Source of the DNA: Bacillota bacterium
Lineage (GTDB): Bacteria > Bacillota > Clostridia > Peptostreptococcales > Anaerovoracaceae
Assembly: GCA_029006195.1 (NCBI GenBank)
Contig: JAQXGH010000031.1
Location: forward strand, 17,811-81,810
Direction: 5' to 3'
Length of the DNA stretch: 64,000 nucleotides
Below the pieces are notes generated by a model, which worked only from the letters and a program-made list of their open reading frames with translations, made no database searches and had not been told where the DNA came from. Shown here one piece after another: positions 49,621 through 57,851 of this stretch. Each line of letters starts with the position of its first letter. Positions within the stretch are counted from its first letter, which is position 1. The translations under genes and the position numbers were made by a program.

Positions 49621-50981
49621 TCAAGACAGAATTTACCGCCTTGTGGTACATTAGCACCGCAATTTGGACATATATTTGCCAGAGGTTGTCCGCATTCCAT
49701 GCAGAATTTCGCATTAGCAGGCAGGCTATTGCCGCAGTTTGGACATTTTGTTTGACTCTGATTCTGGGACTGTGATACCGCAGAATTATCAGATGCTGCT
49801 CCCGGCATAGCTGCACCGAAACCTTTCATCATTTCTCCCATCTGTGGTGCCATGGCATTCATAGCTGCCATGCCCATGCCCAGATTCATCATGTCACCCA
49901 TGACTGAGCTGCTGCCACCGCCACCATTGACCACATCCGGACCCATATTGCCAAGGCCCTCAGCAAATGATTTCTGAACTTCAGCCTGGAGAACATCCTT
50001 CTGATTGTAGCCTTGGGCCTGCATTACCGCAGCTTCTGCCATTCCTGCCATCTGTGTAGCCTGCGCTTCTGCCTGCGCCTGTATCAGCGTTCTCTCTGCT
50101 TCTCTTCTAGCTATTTCTGTTTCTGTTGTCTGGCTTTCCAGTATCGCTTCTCTCTGCGCAATATTAATCTGAGCCTGTGCCTGTGCTTCAGCTGTCACAT
50201 ATGCAGCCTTGCTCTGTGCCTGAGCAGTTCTAACCTCAGCTTCAGCTTCTGCAACTCTCTTCTGGAATGAGATCGTATGCAGTTCTCTAAGGCGCTTGAA
50301 GTTAGGATCACTTTCAGGTAGAACGACATTCGACAGATACAGCTGAGGGATAGTAAGGCCGTACTCTTCGAAACCAGGCAGTATGCATTCTCTTAATCCA
50401 TCGGAAAGTTCCATAAGGTGCTGATCAACTTCTACGATATCTATGTTCTTTCTCTTGATTGCTGTTGGCAACTGTGACTTGACAGCTGTTGAAATCATAG
50501 GTCTGAATGACTTCTGAAGGGATTTAGTGAAATTACCGCTTTCATCATCCCATGCAATTCCGCTAGTTGTTCCTACTAAATTGATCAGCATCTTACGTCC
50601 GTCAGATACAGCTAGGTTCATCTCGCCCGATGCTCCCAGTTCAATAGGGATTCCCATTGTAGGCTCTACAAATCTTACCTTAGAGTCGGTTCCCCATTTG
50701 ACCGACATCTGCACAGTTTTATTTATGAAATAAACTTCGCAGTGAAAAACGCTTACACCTGTTACGACATTTACAAGCTTGATCAGGATTGGGATATTCT
50801 CTGCGTCCAGTTTGTATCTGCCTGGACCGAAAGTATCTGCGGCCTGTCCGTTAGCGAAGAATATAACTTCCTGACTTTCATGTACGACCAGCTCAGTCAT
50901 ACTATTAAAGTCTTCATGAGGATATTTCCATATAAACGTCGAGTTATCCCCCTCGTATTTAATTAGTTCCGATAATGCCAT
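49602..50981 (-). CDS. SPFH domain protein with C-terminal double zinc ribbon (YdjI-like)
   Basis: IWKYP.EDF.....L.V.ESQE..F, GPGRY.L...NIP, EVYFIN, KWGT; coiled coil; CPNC..CMEC..CPNC..CLEC. Confidence 0.88.
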   Translation of the reverse strand: MALSELIKYEGDNSTFIWKYPHEDFNSMTELVVHESQEVIFFANGQAADTFGPGRYKLDAENIPILIKLVNVVTGVSVFHCEVYFINKTVQMSVKWGTDSKVRFVEPTMGIPIELGASGEMNLAVSDGRKMLINLVGTTSGIAWDDESGNFTKSLQKSFRPMISTAVKSQLPTAIKRKNIDIVEVDQHLMELSDGLRECILPGFEEYGLTIPQLYLSNVVLPESDPNFKRLRELHTISFQKRVAEAEAEVRTAQAQSKAAYVTAEAQAQAQINIAQREAILESQTTETEIARREAERTLIQAQAEAQATQMAGMAEAAVMQAQGYNQKDVLQAEVQKSFAEGLGNMGPDVVNGGGGSSSVMGDMMNLGMGMAAMNAMAPQMGEMMKGFGAAMPGAASDNSAVSQSQNQSQTKCPNCGNSLPANAKFCMECGQPLANICPNCGANVPQGGKFCLECGTKL

Positions 50982-51008
50982 TTGTTTCTCCTATCATTTT
51001 TTCCACAC

Positions 51009-51048
51009 AAAAAAGCACCATTAAAAACAAAGGTTTTTAATGGTGCTT
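51009..51048 (-). terminator. Strong intrinsic terminator in the leader of the SPFH-TIR-SIR2-DGR operon
   Basis: Perfect 16-bp stem AAGCACCATTAAAAAC (51013-51028) / GTTTTTAATGGTGCTT (51033-51048) with U-tract on minus strand, ~30 nt before SPFH ATG. Confidence 0.8.
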
Positions 51049-51072
51049 AATACACTACAAAAAGAGCGGGCT

Positions 51073-51156
51073 TTACGCTCTACTCTGCTGTCTGCTGTCT
51101 GCTGTCTGCTGTCTGCTGTCTGCTGTCTGCTGTCTGCTGTCTGCTAGAATTGTCAT
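51073..51156 (-). CDS. Putative 27-aa leader peptide MTILA(DSRQQTA)2DSRQQSRA
   Basis: ATG at 51156 with GGAG 8 nt upstream; reads through the heptamer repeat; TAA at 51075-51073. Confidence 0.45.
   Translation of the reverse strand: MTILADSRQQTADSRQQTADSRQQSRA
51084..51145. repeat. Heptanucleotide tandem repeat (TCTGCTG) x ~8.9
   Basis: 8 perfect units plus 6 nt, read directly. Confidence 0.98.
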
Positions 51157-51243
51157 GTGCAAAACTCCAAAAGTCAATAAATTTATATAATTATATCATA
51201 TATTTGTATTTATAAGATTATACAATACTAAAAAAACAATACT

Positions 51244-51276
51244 AAAAAAGCATATACTCTACACAGAATATATGCT
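51244..51276 (-). terminator. Terminator after cadA-like gene
   Basis: AGCATATA.TCT-acac-AGA.TATATGCT stem with T tract on minus strand. Confidence 0.65.
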
Positions 51277-51281
51277 CAAAA

Positions 51282-53168
51282 TTATCTAACCTTCAGTGCC
51301 CTCATGGAATTGAGAATACATATGATAGCTACGCCAACATCTCCAAAAACTGCCACCCACATTGATACCATACCGAATGCGGACAGAACCAAGATTGCAG
51401 CCTTTACAAGAAGTGCGAAAGCAATATTTGACTTAACGATTCCCATTGTTTTTTTGGCAATTCTGATAGCAGCTGGGATCTTGCGGATATCGTCATCCAT
51501 GATAACGATATCTGCAGCTTCGATCGCCGCGTCAGAACCAAGTGACCCCATAGCAAAGCCTACGTCAGATCTCATGAGAACGGGAGCATCATTGATGCCA
51601 TCGCCTACAAATCCAAGCTTATCCTTAGTTCCTTCAAGCTCTGTAATAAGCGCTTCAACCTGACTCACCTTATCAGCAGGAAGAAGTTCTGATTTAACAA
51701 GGTCTATTCCAAGGCTTCCGCCAACCGCGTTTGCAGTTTTGGCATTATCGCCAGTGAGCATAACAGTCTTACTTACGCCTGCTGCTTTAAGGCCCTTAAT
51801 AGCCTCTATAGCGCCTTCTTTGATAGTATCCGATATAACTATGCATCCAGCGAATTTACCGTCATAAGCAACGTATACGATTGTTCCTGTTTCTTCGCAT
51901 GGAACATATTCTATATTATTAGCGTTCATAAGCTTAGCATTGCCAAGCAGAAGTCCCTTACCGTCAAACTTGACGTTAACACCGTGTCCTGCAGCTTCAC
52001 TTGAGTCGCTAACTCTTGTTAGATCAATAGACTTGCCATAAGCATTAAGTATCGAAGCAGCTATAGGATGAGTGCTGTGGCCTTCACCGTGAGCAGCCAT
52101 CTCGATAATAGCATCTTCTGTTATATCACCAGCTGGAATTACGTGTGAAACCTTGAATTCGCCCTTAGTTAAAGTACCAGTCTTATCCATTACCAGAGTC
52201 TTCATATTAGCAGCGAGTTCCAGATAGTTTGAACCCTTAACAAGAACTCCTATTCTTGAAGCGGCGCCAATACCTCCGAAGAATCCGAGAGGAACTGAAA
52301 TAACCAGTGCGCATGGACAAGATACAATCAGGAAGTTACATGCTCTGCGCACGCCTTCAAGCCAGTTAACATCAATAAGAAGCGGAATAGCTATTGCCAG
52401 CGCTACAGCTGCTATAGTGACTATAGGCGTATAGTATTTGGCAAATCTAGTGATGAAATTCTCTATTCGAGCCTTACGTGAGCTGGCATTTTCAACGAGT
52501 TCCAGAATACGCGATACAGTTGAATCTTCAAATTCCTTAGTTGCTCTAACCTTAAGAGTTGCATTTCCGTTAACGCATCCGCTTATTACTTCATCACCCA
52601 CGCTGGCGCGCCTGGGAACAGACTCTCCGGTTAAAGCCGCTGTATCGATAAATGAATCACCTTCAATTACTATGCCGTCGAGAGGAATCTTTTCTCCAGG
52701 CCTAACAACCAGGATATCATCTATATGAACATCTTCTGGATCCACTTCCTCAATTTCGCCGTCTTTTTCCACATATGCCCAGTCAGGAGCAATTGCCATC
52801 ATCTCAGCAATAGAATTTCTGGATTTGCCAACCGCATAGCTCTGAAAAAGCTCCCCGATCTGATAAAACAGCATTACGCCCAGAGCTTCAGGATACTCTC
52901 CTTCTCCGAATAACCCCATTCCAAAGGCTGCAAGCGTCGCTATACCCATCAGGAAATGTTCATCAAAGGCATTACCTCTTATGATGTTTCTCCAGGCTGC
53001 CCATAGAACATCATAGCCTATGATCATATAAGGCACAAAGAACATGGCTGCCTTGATAAATTCAGGCAAATTTTCAAATAAACCTATAATATGGCAAGGC
53101 ATTAGTCCTGCGAACAGCACTAAAGTAATTATTATTCTAATTAACGTTTTCTTCTGTTTACGAGTCAT
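51282..53168 (-). CDS. cadA: Cd/Zn-translocating P1B-type ATPase
   Basis: TGES, SCPCAL, DKTGTLT, HP, GDGIND. Confidence 0.92.
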   Translation of the reverse strand: MTRKQKKTLIRIIITLVLFAGLMPCHIIGLFENLPEFIKAAMFFVPYMIIGYDVLWAAWRNIIRGNAFDEHFLMGIATLAAFGMGLFGEGEYPEALGVMLFYQIGELFQSYAVGKSRNSIAEMMAIAPDWAYVEKDGEIEEVDPEDVHIDDILVVRPGEKIPLDGIVIEGDSFIDTAALTGESVPRRASVGDEVISGCVNGNATLKVRATKEFEDSTVSRILELVENASSRKARIENFITRFAKYYTPIVTIAAVALAIAIPLLIDVNWLEGVRRACNFLIVSCPCALVISVPLGFFGGIGAASRIGVLVKGSNYLELAANMKTLVMDKTGTLTKGEFKVSHVIPAGDITEDAIIEMAAHGEGHSTHPIAASILNAYGKSIDLTRVSDSSEAAGHGVNVKFDGKGLLLGNAKLMNANNIEYVPCEETGTIVYVAYDGKFAGCIVISDTIKEGAIEAIKGLKAAGVSKTVMLTGDNAKTANAVGGSLGIDLVKSELLPADKVSQVEALITELEGTKDKLGFVGDGINDAPVLMRSDVGFAMGSLGSDAAIEAADIVIMDDDIRKIPAAIRIAKKTMGIVKSNIAFALLVKAAILVLSAFGMVSMWVAVFGDVGVAIICILNSMRALKVR

Positions 53169-53180
53169 TTCTAGTCACTT

Positions 53181-53399
53181 CTACTTTACGTGAATTATAG
53201 TGTCCGGTTCGATTTTCTTAGCAGTTTTTAGGATTGTTTCCATTACAGCATCAAACTGATCATCGGGTGCCTTTACCATCAGCTTCTGAGTCAGGAAGTT
53301 TACGTTAGCATCTTCTACACCATCGATCTTTTTGATAGCATCTTCCAGTTTAGCTGCGCAATGTGCACAATCAACTTCACACTTAAATTTCTTCTTCAT
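53181..53399 (-). CDS. Heavy-metal-associated (HMA) domain protein
   Basis: DCAHCAAKLE..I.KIDGV; likely start MKKKFK behind GGAGG. Confidence 0.88.
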   Translation of the reverse strand: MKKKFKCEVDCAHCAAKLEDAIKKIDGVEDANVNFLTQKLMVKAPDDQFDAVMETILKTAKKIEPDTIIHVK

Positions 53400-53423
53400 T
53401 ATATTATCCTCCATATTCATTTC

Positions 53424-53449
53424 AATAATTGCGCATTTGTTCAACTATT
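53424..53449. promoter_or_regulatory. Secondary ArsR/SmtB-type operator
   Basis: AATAATTGCGCATTTGTTCAACTATT, right arm identical to box at 53870-53895. Confidence 0.55.
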
Positions 53450-53488
53450 AATTTTATTTTTAAGCCGGATTTCTCCGGCTGATTTAAC

Positions 53489-53851
53489 TTATTCTTTAAT
53501 GTGTTCAAATCCCATATCCAGGATGAGTTTAACGTGATCATCTGCGATGGAATAATACACAACCTGACCTTCTCTTCTGCTCTTAACAAGATTCGCCATT
53601 CTGAGAGTCTTAAGCTGATGTGAAACAGCAGACTTAGTAAGGCCTAAAAGTGCAGCGATATCACATACGCACATTTCATGTATCTCCAGAGCATGAAGAA
53701 TTGAAACTCTAGTTCCATCTCCGAAAATCTTAAACAGTGAAGCCAGGTCAGCATATTCATCCTTATCGAACATTCTATCCTGAACTTCATGTACAGTTTC
53801 GTGGTGTATTACTTCGCAATCGCAAAATTCCAAATCAAGATTCTTAGCCAT
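53489..53851 (-). CDS. ArsR/SmtB (CadC/CzrA-like) metalloregulator
   Basis: LFKIFGD.TR..IL, MCVCDIA, SAVSHQL..LR, YYS..D.HV, EH. Confidence 0.93.
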   Translation of the reverse strand: MAKNLDLEFCDCEVIHHETVHEVQDRMFDKDEYADLASLFKIFGDGTRVSILHALEIHEMCVCDIAALLGLTKSAVSHQLKTLRMANLVKSRREGQVVYYSIADDHVKLILDMGFEHIKE

Positions 53852-53869
53852 AATTAACCTCTTTCATCG

Positions 53870-53895
53870 AATAGTTGAATGGTTGTTCAACTATT
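53870..53895. promoter_or_regulatory. ArsR/SmtB-type operator
   Basis: AATAGTTGAA-tggttg-TTCAACTATT perfect 10-bp inverted repeat just upstream of the regulator. Confidence 0.75.
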
Positions 53896-54015
53896 ATTAA
53901 TATACGCCTCTAATATTGATATGTCAACATTTAAAGCCACAAAATGTGCTTCAAAACATTGACTTCCCCTTACGGTAATGTTTTATAACTAAGATAAATT
54001 GGGAGGACTATTATT

Positions 54016-54213
54016 ATGTTGGTAATTGATAGAAATAAATGTTGTGGCTGCGGTAGATGTGCAGCTATCAGAATGTGCCTCGACGAAATCGAAGATAAAA
54101 ACGGTATTGAAGTTTATACCGAACCAGAACCTAAGGATCTGGACTTTGTACATAAGCTTATAGCAGAATGCTGGTCAGGTTGTATTGTACTTACTAGCAC
54201 GCTGATTAAATAA
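54016..54213 (+). CDS. Small ferredoxin-like protein
   Basis: IDRNKCCGCGRC...ECWSGCI; GGAGG RBS. Confidence 0.7.
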   Translation: MLVIDRNKCCGCGRCAAIRMCLDEIEDKNGIEVYTEPEPKDLDFVHKLIAECWSGCIVLTSTLIK

Positions 54214-54230
54214 ATCGGAGGATAACCTGA

Positions 54231-54590
54231 ATGAATGATAATGAACAAGTAAGAATAGTGCAGGAAACTGTAGCCGGTAAAGAAATTACTTTAGCTCACG
54301 TTATCGGTGGTCCTGCCCCTATCGTATACACCAAGCTGGGTCTTAACCCTCAGATTGATTACTCTACTTCAGCAATCGGAATCATGAACATGACTCCACC
54401 TGAATCAGTTGTTATCGCATCAGATATCTCTGTTAAGAGCGGTGATGTATATCTGGGTTTTGCAGATAGATTTTCAGGAACACTTATTATTACAGGTGAA
54501 CTTGCTGCAGTAGACAACGCTATACATGAAGTAGTTGACTACTTCCAGGGAACTTTAGGATACGTTTCATGCCCTATCACTAAGAGGTAA
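54231..54590 (+). CDS. BMC shell protein, EutS/PduU type
   Basis: RIVQE.V.GKEITLAH.I, AIGI...TPPE....ASDI, DRFSGTLIITG. Confidence 0.92.
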   Translation: MNDNEQVRIVQETVAGKEITLAHVIGGPAPIVYTKLGLNPQIDYSTSAIGIMNMTPPESVVIASDISVKSGDVYLGFADRFSGTLIITGELAAVDNAIHEVVDYFQGTLGYVSCPITKR

Positions 54591-54595
54591 GAATA

Positions 54596-55042
54596 ATGGA
54601 TGAACGAAAGACCCGTAAGGCCGTATTAGACGATATATACGGTAAGGCAATTGCCAGAATGCAGGCAGGCGCTAAAGGTAAAGGCGGTCAGATACGTTCT
54701 GTTCAAGTAACTATCCCTGGTAAAGAAATAACTCTGGCCCATGTTATAGGTTCGCCCGAATACGAAGTATTTCAGAACCTGGCTCTTGATATAGGTTTTC
54801 ATGATGGAGCTAGACCTTCGGGTGCAATGGGCATAATCAATATTACTCCACCGGAATCAACAATTATCGCAGCTGATATTGCTGTTAAGTCAGGTGAAAT
54901 AGATGTTGGTTTCATGGATAGATTCAGCGGAACGCTTATTATAACCGGACCTCGCGCTGATGTGGATCAGGCAATGCGAGATAATTTAGACTTTTTTAAG
55001 AACGAGCTGCATTATAGAGTTTGCAGCCTTTCCAATCAATAA
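54596..55042 (+). CDS. Second EutS/PduU-type shell protein with N-terminal extension
   Basis: PGKEITLAHVIG, ITPPES.IIAADIA.KSG, FMDRFSGTLIITG. Confidence 0.88.
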   Translation: MDERKTRKAVLDDIYGKAIARMQAGAKGKGGQIRSVQVTIPGKEITLAHVIGSPEYEVFQNLALDIGFHDGARPSGAMGIINITPPESTIIAADIAVKSGEIDVGFMDRFSGTLIITGPRADVDQAMRDNLDFFKNELHYRVCSLSNQ

Positions 55043-55057
55043 ATTTGTATTAAGGAG

Positions 55058-55657
55058 GTGCTTCAAATGGCACTCAGTCCATCAGAATTAAATGATTTAG
55101 AGTTTAAGCAGGCGAAGCACGATTCTACTGAGCTTCTAATTGACGGCAAAAGAGTACGTAAACTCTTCCTTGCCGGCAGAAGCGAATCTGGTAAGACTAC
55201 TCTTATTCAGGCCTTAAAAGGCGATAATATTCTTTATGACAAAACCCAGTACATTAACAGCTGGGATATCTTTATTGACACTCCAGGTGAATACTATGAA
55301 TCCAAGTATTCATCATCTTCTGTTGCACTTTGTTGCTTCTCATTCGAAAGTGATCTGGTGGGTATAATTGCAGGGGCAGATGAACCATATAGCATCTTAG
55401 GCTATGGCCTCCCTACTGCGATAAATAGACCGTTAATTGGAATCGTGACAAAAATAGATTCGCCTAAGGCAAACGTTCCTATGGCTAGACTTTGGCTGGA
55501 GAATGCCGGAGTTTCTAAAATCTTTGAAGTAGATTCAGTTACTGGCCGCGGCATTCAGGAACTTAGAGATTATCTTTTCCAGCCAGTTGACGATACGATT
55601 ACTCTCGATGAAGCAATCGCTCGTCAACAAAGTAATGAGTCCGAATGGACAGTATAA
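55058..55657 (+). CDS. EutP/PduV family GTPase-like protein
   Basis: GRSESGKTTL.Q.L, Y.KTQ, IDTPGEY, IGIVTKID. Confidence 0.9.
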   Translation: MLQMALSPSELNDLEFKQAKHDSTELLIDGKRVRKLFLAGRSESGKTTLIQALKGDNILYDKTQYINSWDIFIDTPGEYYESKYSSSSVALCCFSFESDLVGIIAGADEPYSILGYGLPTAINRPLIGIVTKIDSPKANVPMARLWLENAGVSKIFEVDSVTGRGIQELRDYLFQPVDDTITLDEAIARQQSNESEWTV

Positions 55658-55659
55658 TT

Positions 55660-56781
55660 CTAGAACATTTTCATAAGTAACCTGTCAAAATCTTTTTCAC
55701 ATACTTTTCTCGGATTAGACTCTGTGCATATATCATCCATTGCAGCAGCAATCATGGAATCTTTAACAGCATAGAACTGTTCTTTTGAAATTCCAGCAGA
55801 GCGAAGTGTTGGCGGAACTCCATATACTCTCTGCATATCCTGTATTTTATGAATAAGACTACTAACAGCTAAAGGAGCATCAGAATATGGTAAGCCTATG
55901 AGGCGAGCCACTCTCTGATATTTTTTTGCTGCCTTTGTATCACCCTCACTTGAAATCTGAGCATTGAAATCAACTACATAAGGAAGTACCATCGCATTTG
56001 CTCTGCCGTGTGACATATGGAATTTAGCACCGATCTGGTGAGCAATACTGTGGCATATACCTACGCCCACCATATTAAACGCCATACCTGCCAGGCATGC
56101 AGCATTATGTACCTTTTCTCTAGCTTCCATATCATCGCCATGAGCATATGCATATGGCAGGAATCTAACAAGTAGTGTTATAGCCTTTTCAGCGAGAGCA
56201 TCAGTGAAATCATTAGCATTTGTTGAGACATAAGCCTCGAGTGCATGAGTAAGTGCATCCATACCTGTGTCAGCAGTGATGTTTGGGGGAACTGATGCCA
56301 CGAGATCCGGATCAAGTATTGCAACCATTGGCTGCAGTGACTCAAGAACCAGAGGATACTTTACGCCCTTTGATGCGTCGGTAATTACAGAAAACTGTGT
56401 AACTTCCGATCCTGTTCCACTTGTTGTAGGGATAGCATAGCATTTTTCTACATTGGCAACGTTCATACGTGTGCCAAGCTCTCTGATAGCCTTTGCAGCG
56501 TCAATTGATGAGCCGCCGCCTACAGCGATTATAATGTTAGCCCCTACTGATTTCAGACAGTTAATGCCTTCTGCAACAACTTCAATTGGCGGATCAGGTA
56601 CAACATCGGCAAATACATTTACAGTATTACCTGTAAGATGTGAAGCTACTTTATCTGCTATGCCTGAATCCTTTATGAATTTATCGCAAATGATAAGTAC
56701 ATTCTTACCTTGGATTTCATCCAGAATGCTAAGAGAATCTTGTCCAAAATACACATTTGTGCTTAATTTAAAATTTTTCAT
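55660..56781 (-). CDS. Iron-containing alcohol dehydrogenase (PduQ/EutG-like)
   Basis: GGGSSIDAAK, PTTSGTGSEVT, DALTHA.EAY, H...H...HG. Confidence 0.92.
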   Translation of the reverse strand: MKNFKLSTNVYFGQDSLSILDEIQGKNVLIICDKFIKDSGIADKVASHLTGNTVNVFADVVPDPPIEVVAEGINCLKSVGANIIIAVGGGSSIDAAKAIRELGTRMNVANVEKCYAIPTTSGTGSEVTQFSVITDASKGVKYPLVLESLQPMVAILDPDLVASVPPNITADTGMDALTHALEAYVSTNANDFTDALAEKAITLLVRFLPYAYAHGDDMEAREKVHNAACLAGMAFNMVGVGICHSIAHQIGAKFHMSHGRANAMVLPYVVDFNAQISSEGDTKAAKKYQRVARLIGLPYSDAPLAVSSLIHKIQDMQRVYGVPPTLRSAGISKEQFYAVKDSMIAAAMDDICTESNPRKVCEKDFDRLLMKMF

Positions 56782-56857
56782 ATCAAGATACCTTTAGGGG
56801 CGAATATAAATTCGCCCCGGGTTTACTTAAAACATCTAGATCGTAAAAGGTTTTATC

Positions 56858-57139
56858 TTACTTCTTCTGTGGAAGGATATCTTCTACTTCTACGTGTGGT
56901 CTAGGAATTACGTGTACTGAAAGCAGTTCGCCAACTCTCTGAGCAGCAGCAGCGCCAGCATCTGTAGCAGCCTTAACTGCACCTACGTCACCTCTTACCA
57001 TTACAGTAACAAGTCCGCCACCTACGAATTCCTTACCGATAAGGTATACGTTTGCAGCCTTTACCATAGCATCGGCAGCTTCGATTGAACCTACTAAACC
57101 CTTAGTTTCGATCATTCCTAATGCTTCGTTCTTAGTCAT
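56858..57139 (-). CDS. BMC-H shell protein (EutM/PduA/PduJ-like)
   Basis: ALGMIETKG...[27 protein letters not shown]. Confidence 0.96.
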   Translation of the reverse strand: MTKNEALGMIETKGLVGSIEAADAMVKAANVYLIGKEFVGGGLVTVMVRGDVGAVKAATDAGAAAAQRVGELLSVHVIPRPHVEVEDILPQKK

Positions 57140-57190
57140 TTTAATTTCCTCCTATTAAAAATCCTTTTTATTGTATATTGTCATTAAAAA

Positions 57191-57850
57191 CTACTTAATA
57201 ATTTTTACAGTTGTCTTGGAATTGATATCCATTGCATTAGCTTCTTCAGTGTCTACGTGACATTCGAGAGCTGAAGTCTTAGTTGCACGGATAAGAACGT
57301 TATTGTAGATACCGCCTCTTGGGCCATCGATCTGAATGCTAACGATCTGACCATCAACTACGCCATATGCTGCAGCTTCTTCTGGTAACATGTGGATATG
57401 TCTCTGTGCTACCATAAGACCCTGCTTTGTCATTATTGAACCCTTAGGTCCTATAATTGTGATTCCAGGAGTTCCTTCCATATCACCTGATAACTTAGCT
57501 GGGGCCTTAACTCCGAGCTTGAAGCCGTCACCTGTGAGGATTTCAATCTGTGTATCCTTTCTTACTGGGCCGAGGATTCTAACCTTTTCGATTGCACCCT
57601 TAGGACCTGCGATTGTAACACATTCCTTACAAGCAAACTGTCCTGGCTGAGTTAAGTCCTTGATTGGAGTCAGTTCATATCCTGGTCCAAATAATGCATC
57701 AAGGTCAGCCTGTGAGAGATGAACATGGCGATTTGAAACACCTACTGGAATTCCTTCAGGAACCTGAGCTACTGCAGCTGATCCGTTATTGATCTGCTGA
57801 CATGCATCAAGAAGAACCTTCAGTATTGCTTCATATTCTGCACTTGCCAT
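57191..57850 (-). CDS. pduL: Phosphate acyltransferase PduL
   Basis: GVSNRHVHL, L.QPGQFA, VRILGP.R, RHIHM, H.DTEEANA; N-terminal amphipathic encapsulation-like helix. Confidence 0.93.
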   Translation of the reverse strand: MASAEYEAILKVLLDACQQINNGSAAVAQVPEGIPVGVSNRHVHLSQADLDALFGPGYELTPIKDLTQPGQFACKECVTIAGPKGAIEKVRILGPVRKDTQIEILTGDGFKLGVKAPAKLSGDMEGTPGITIIGPKGSIMTKQGLMVAQRHIHMLPEEAAAYGVVDGQIVSIQIDGPRGGIYNNVLIRATKTSALECHVDTEEANAMDINSKTTVKIIK

Positions 57851-57851
57851 A

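Noticed and set aside
51084..51145. Tandem repeat as a CRISPR array
   Set aside because: 7-bp units with no spacers and no cas genes; it is a simple sequence repeat.
51222..51249. Direct repeat ACAATACTAAAAAA x2 as a target-site duplication of the DGR cassette
   Set aside because: Copies are adjacent, overlap the cadA terminator tail, and no matching copy was seen at the other end (~44.3 kb).
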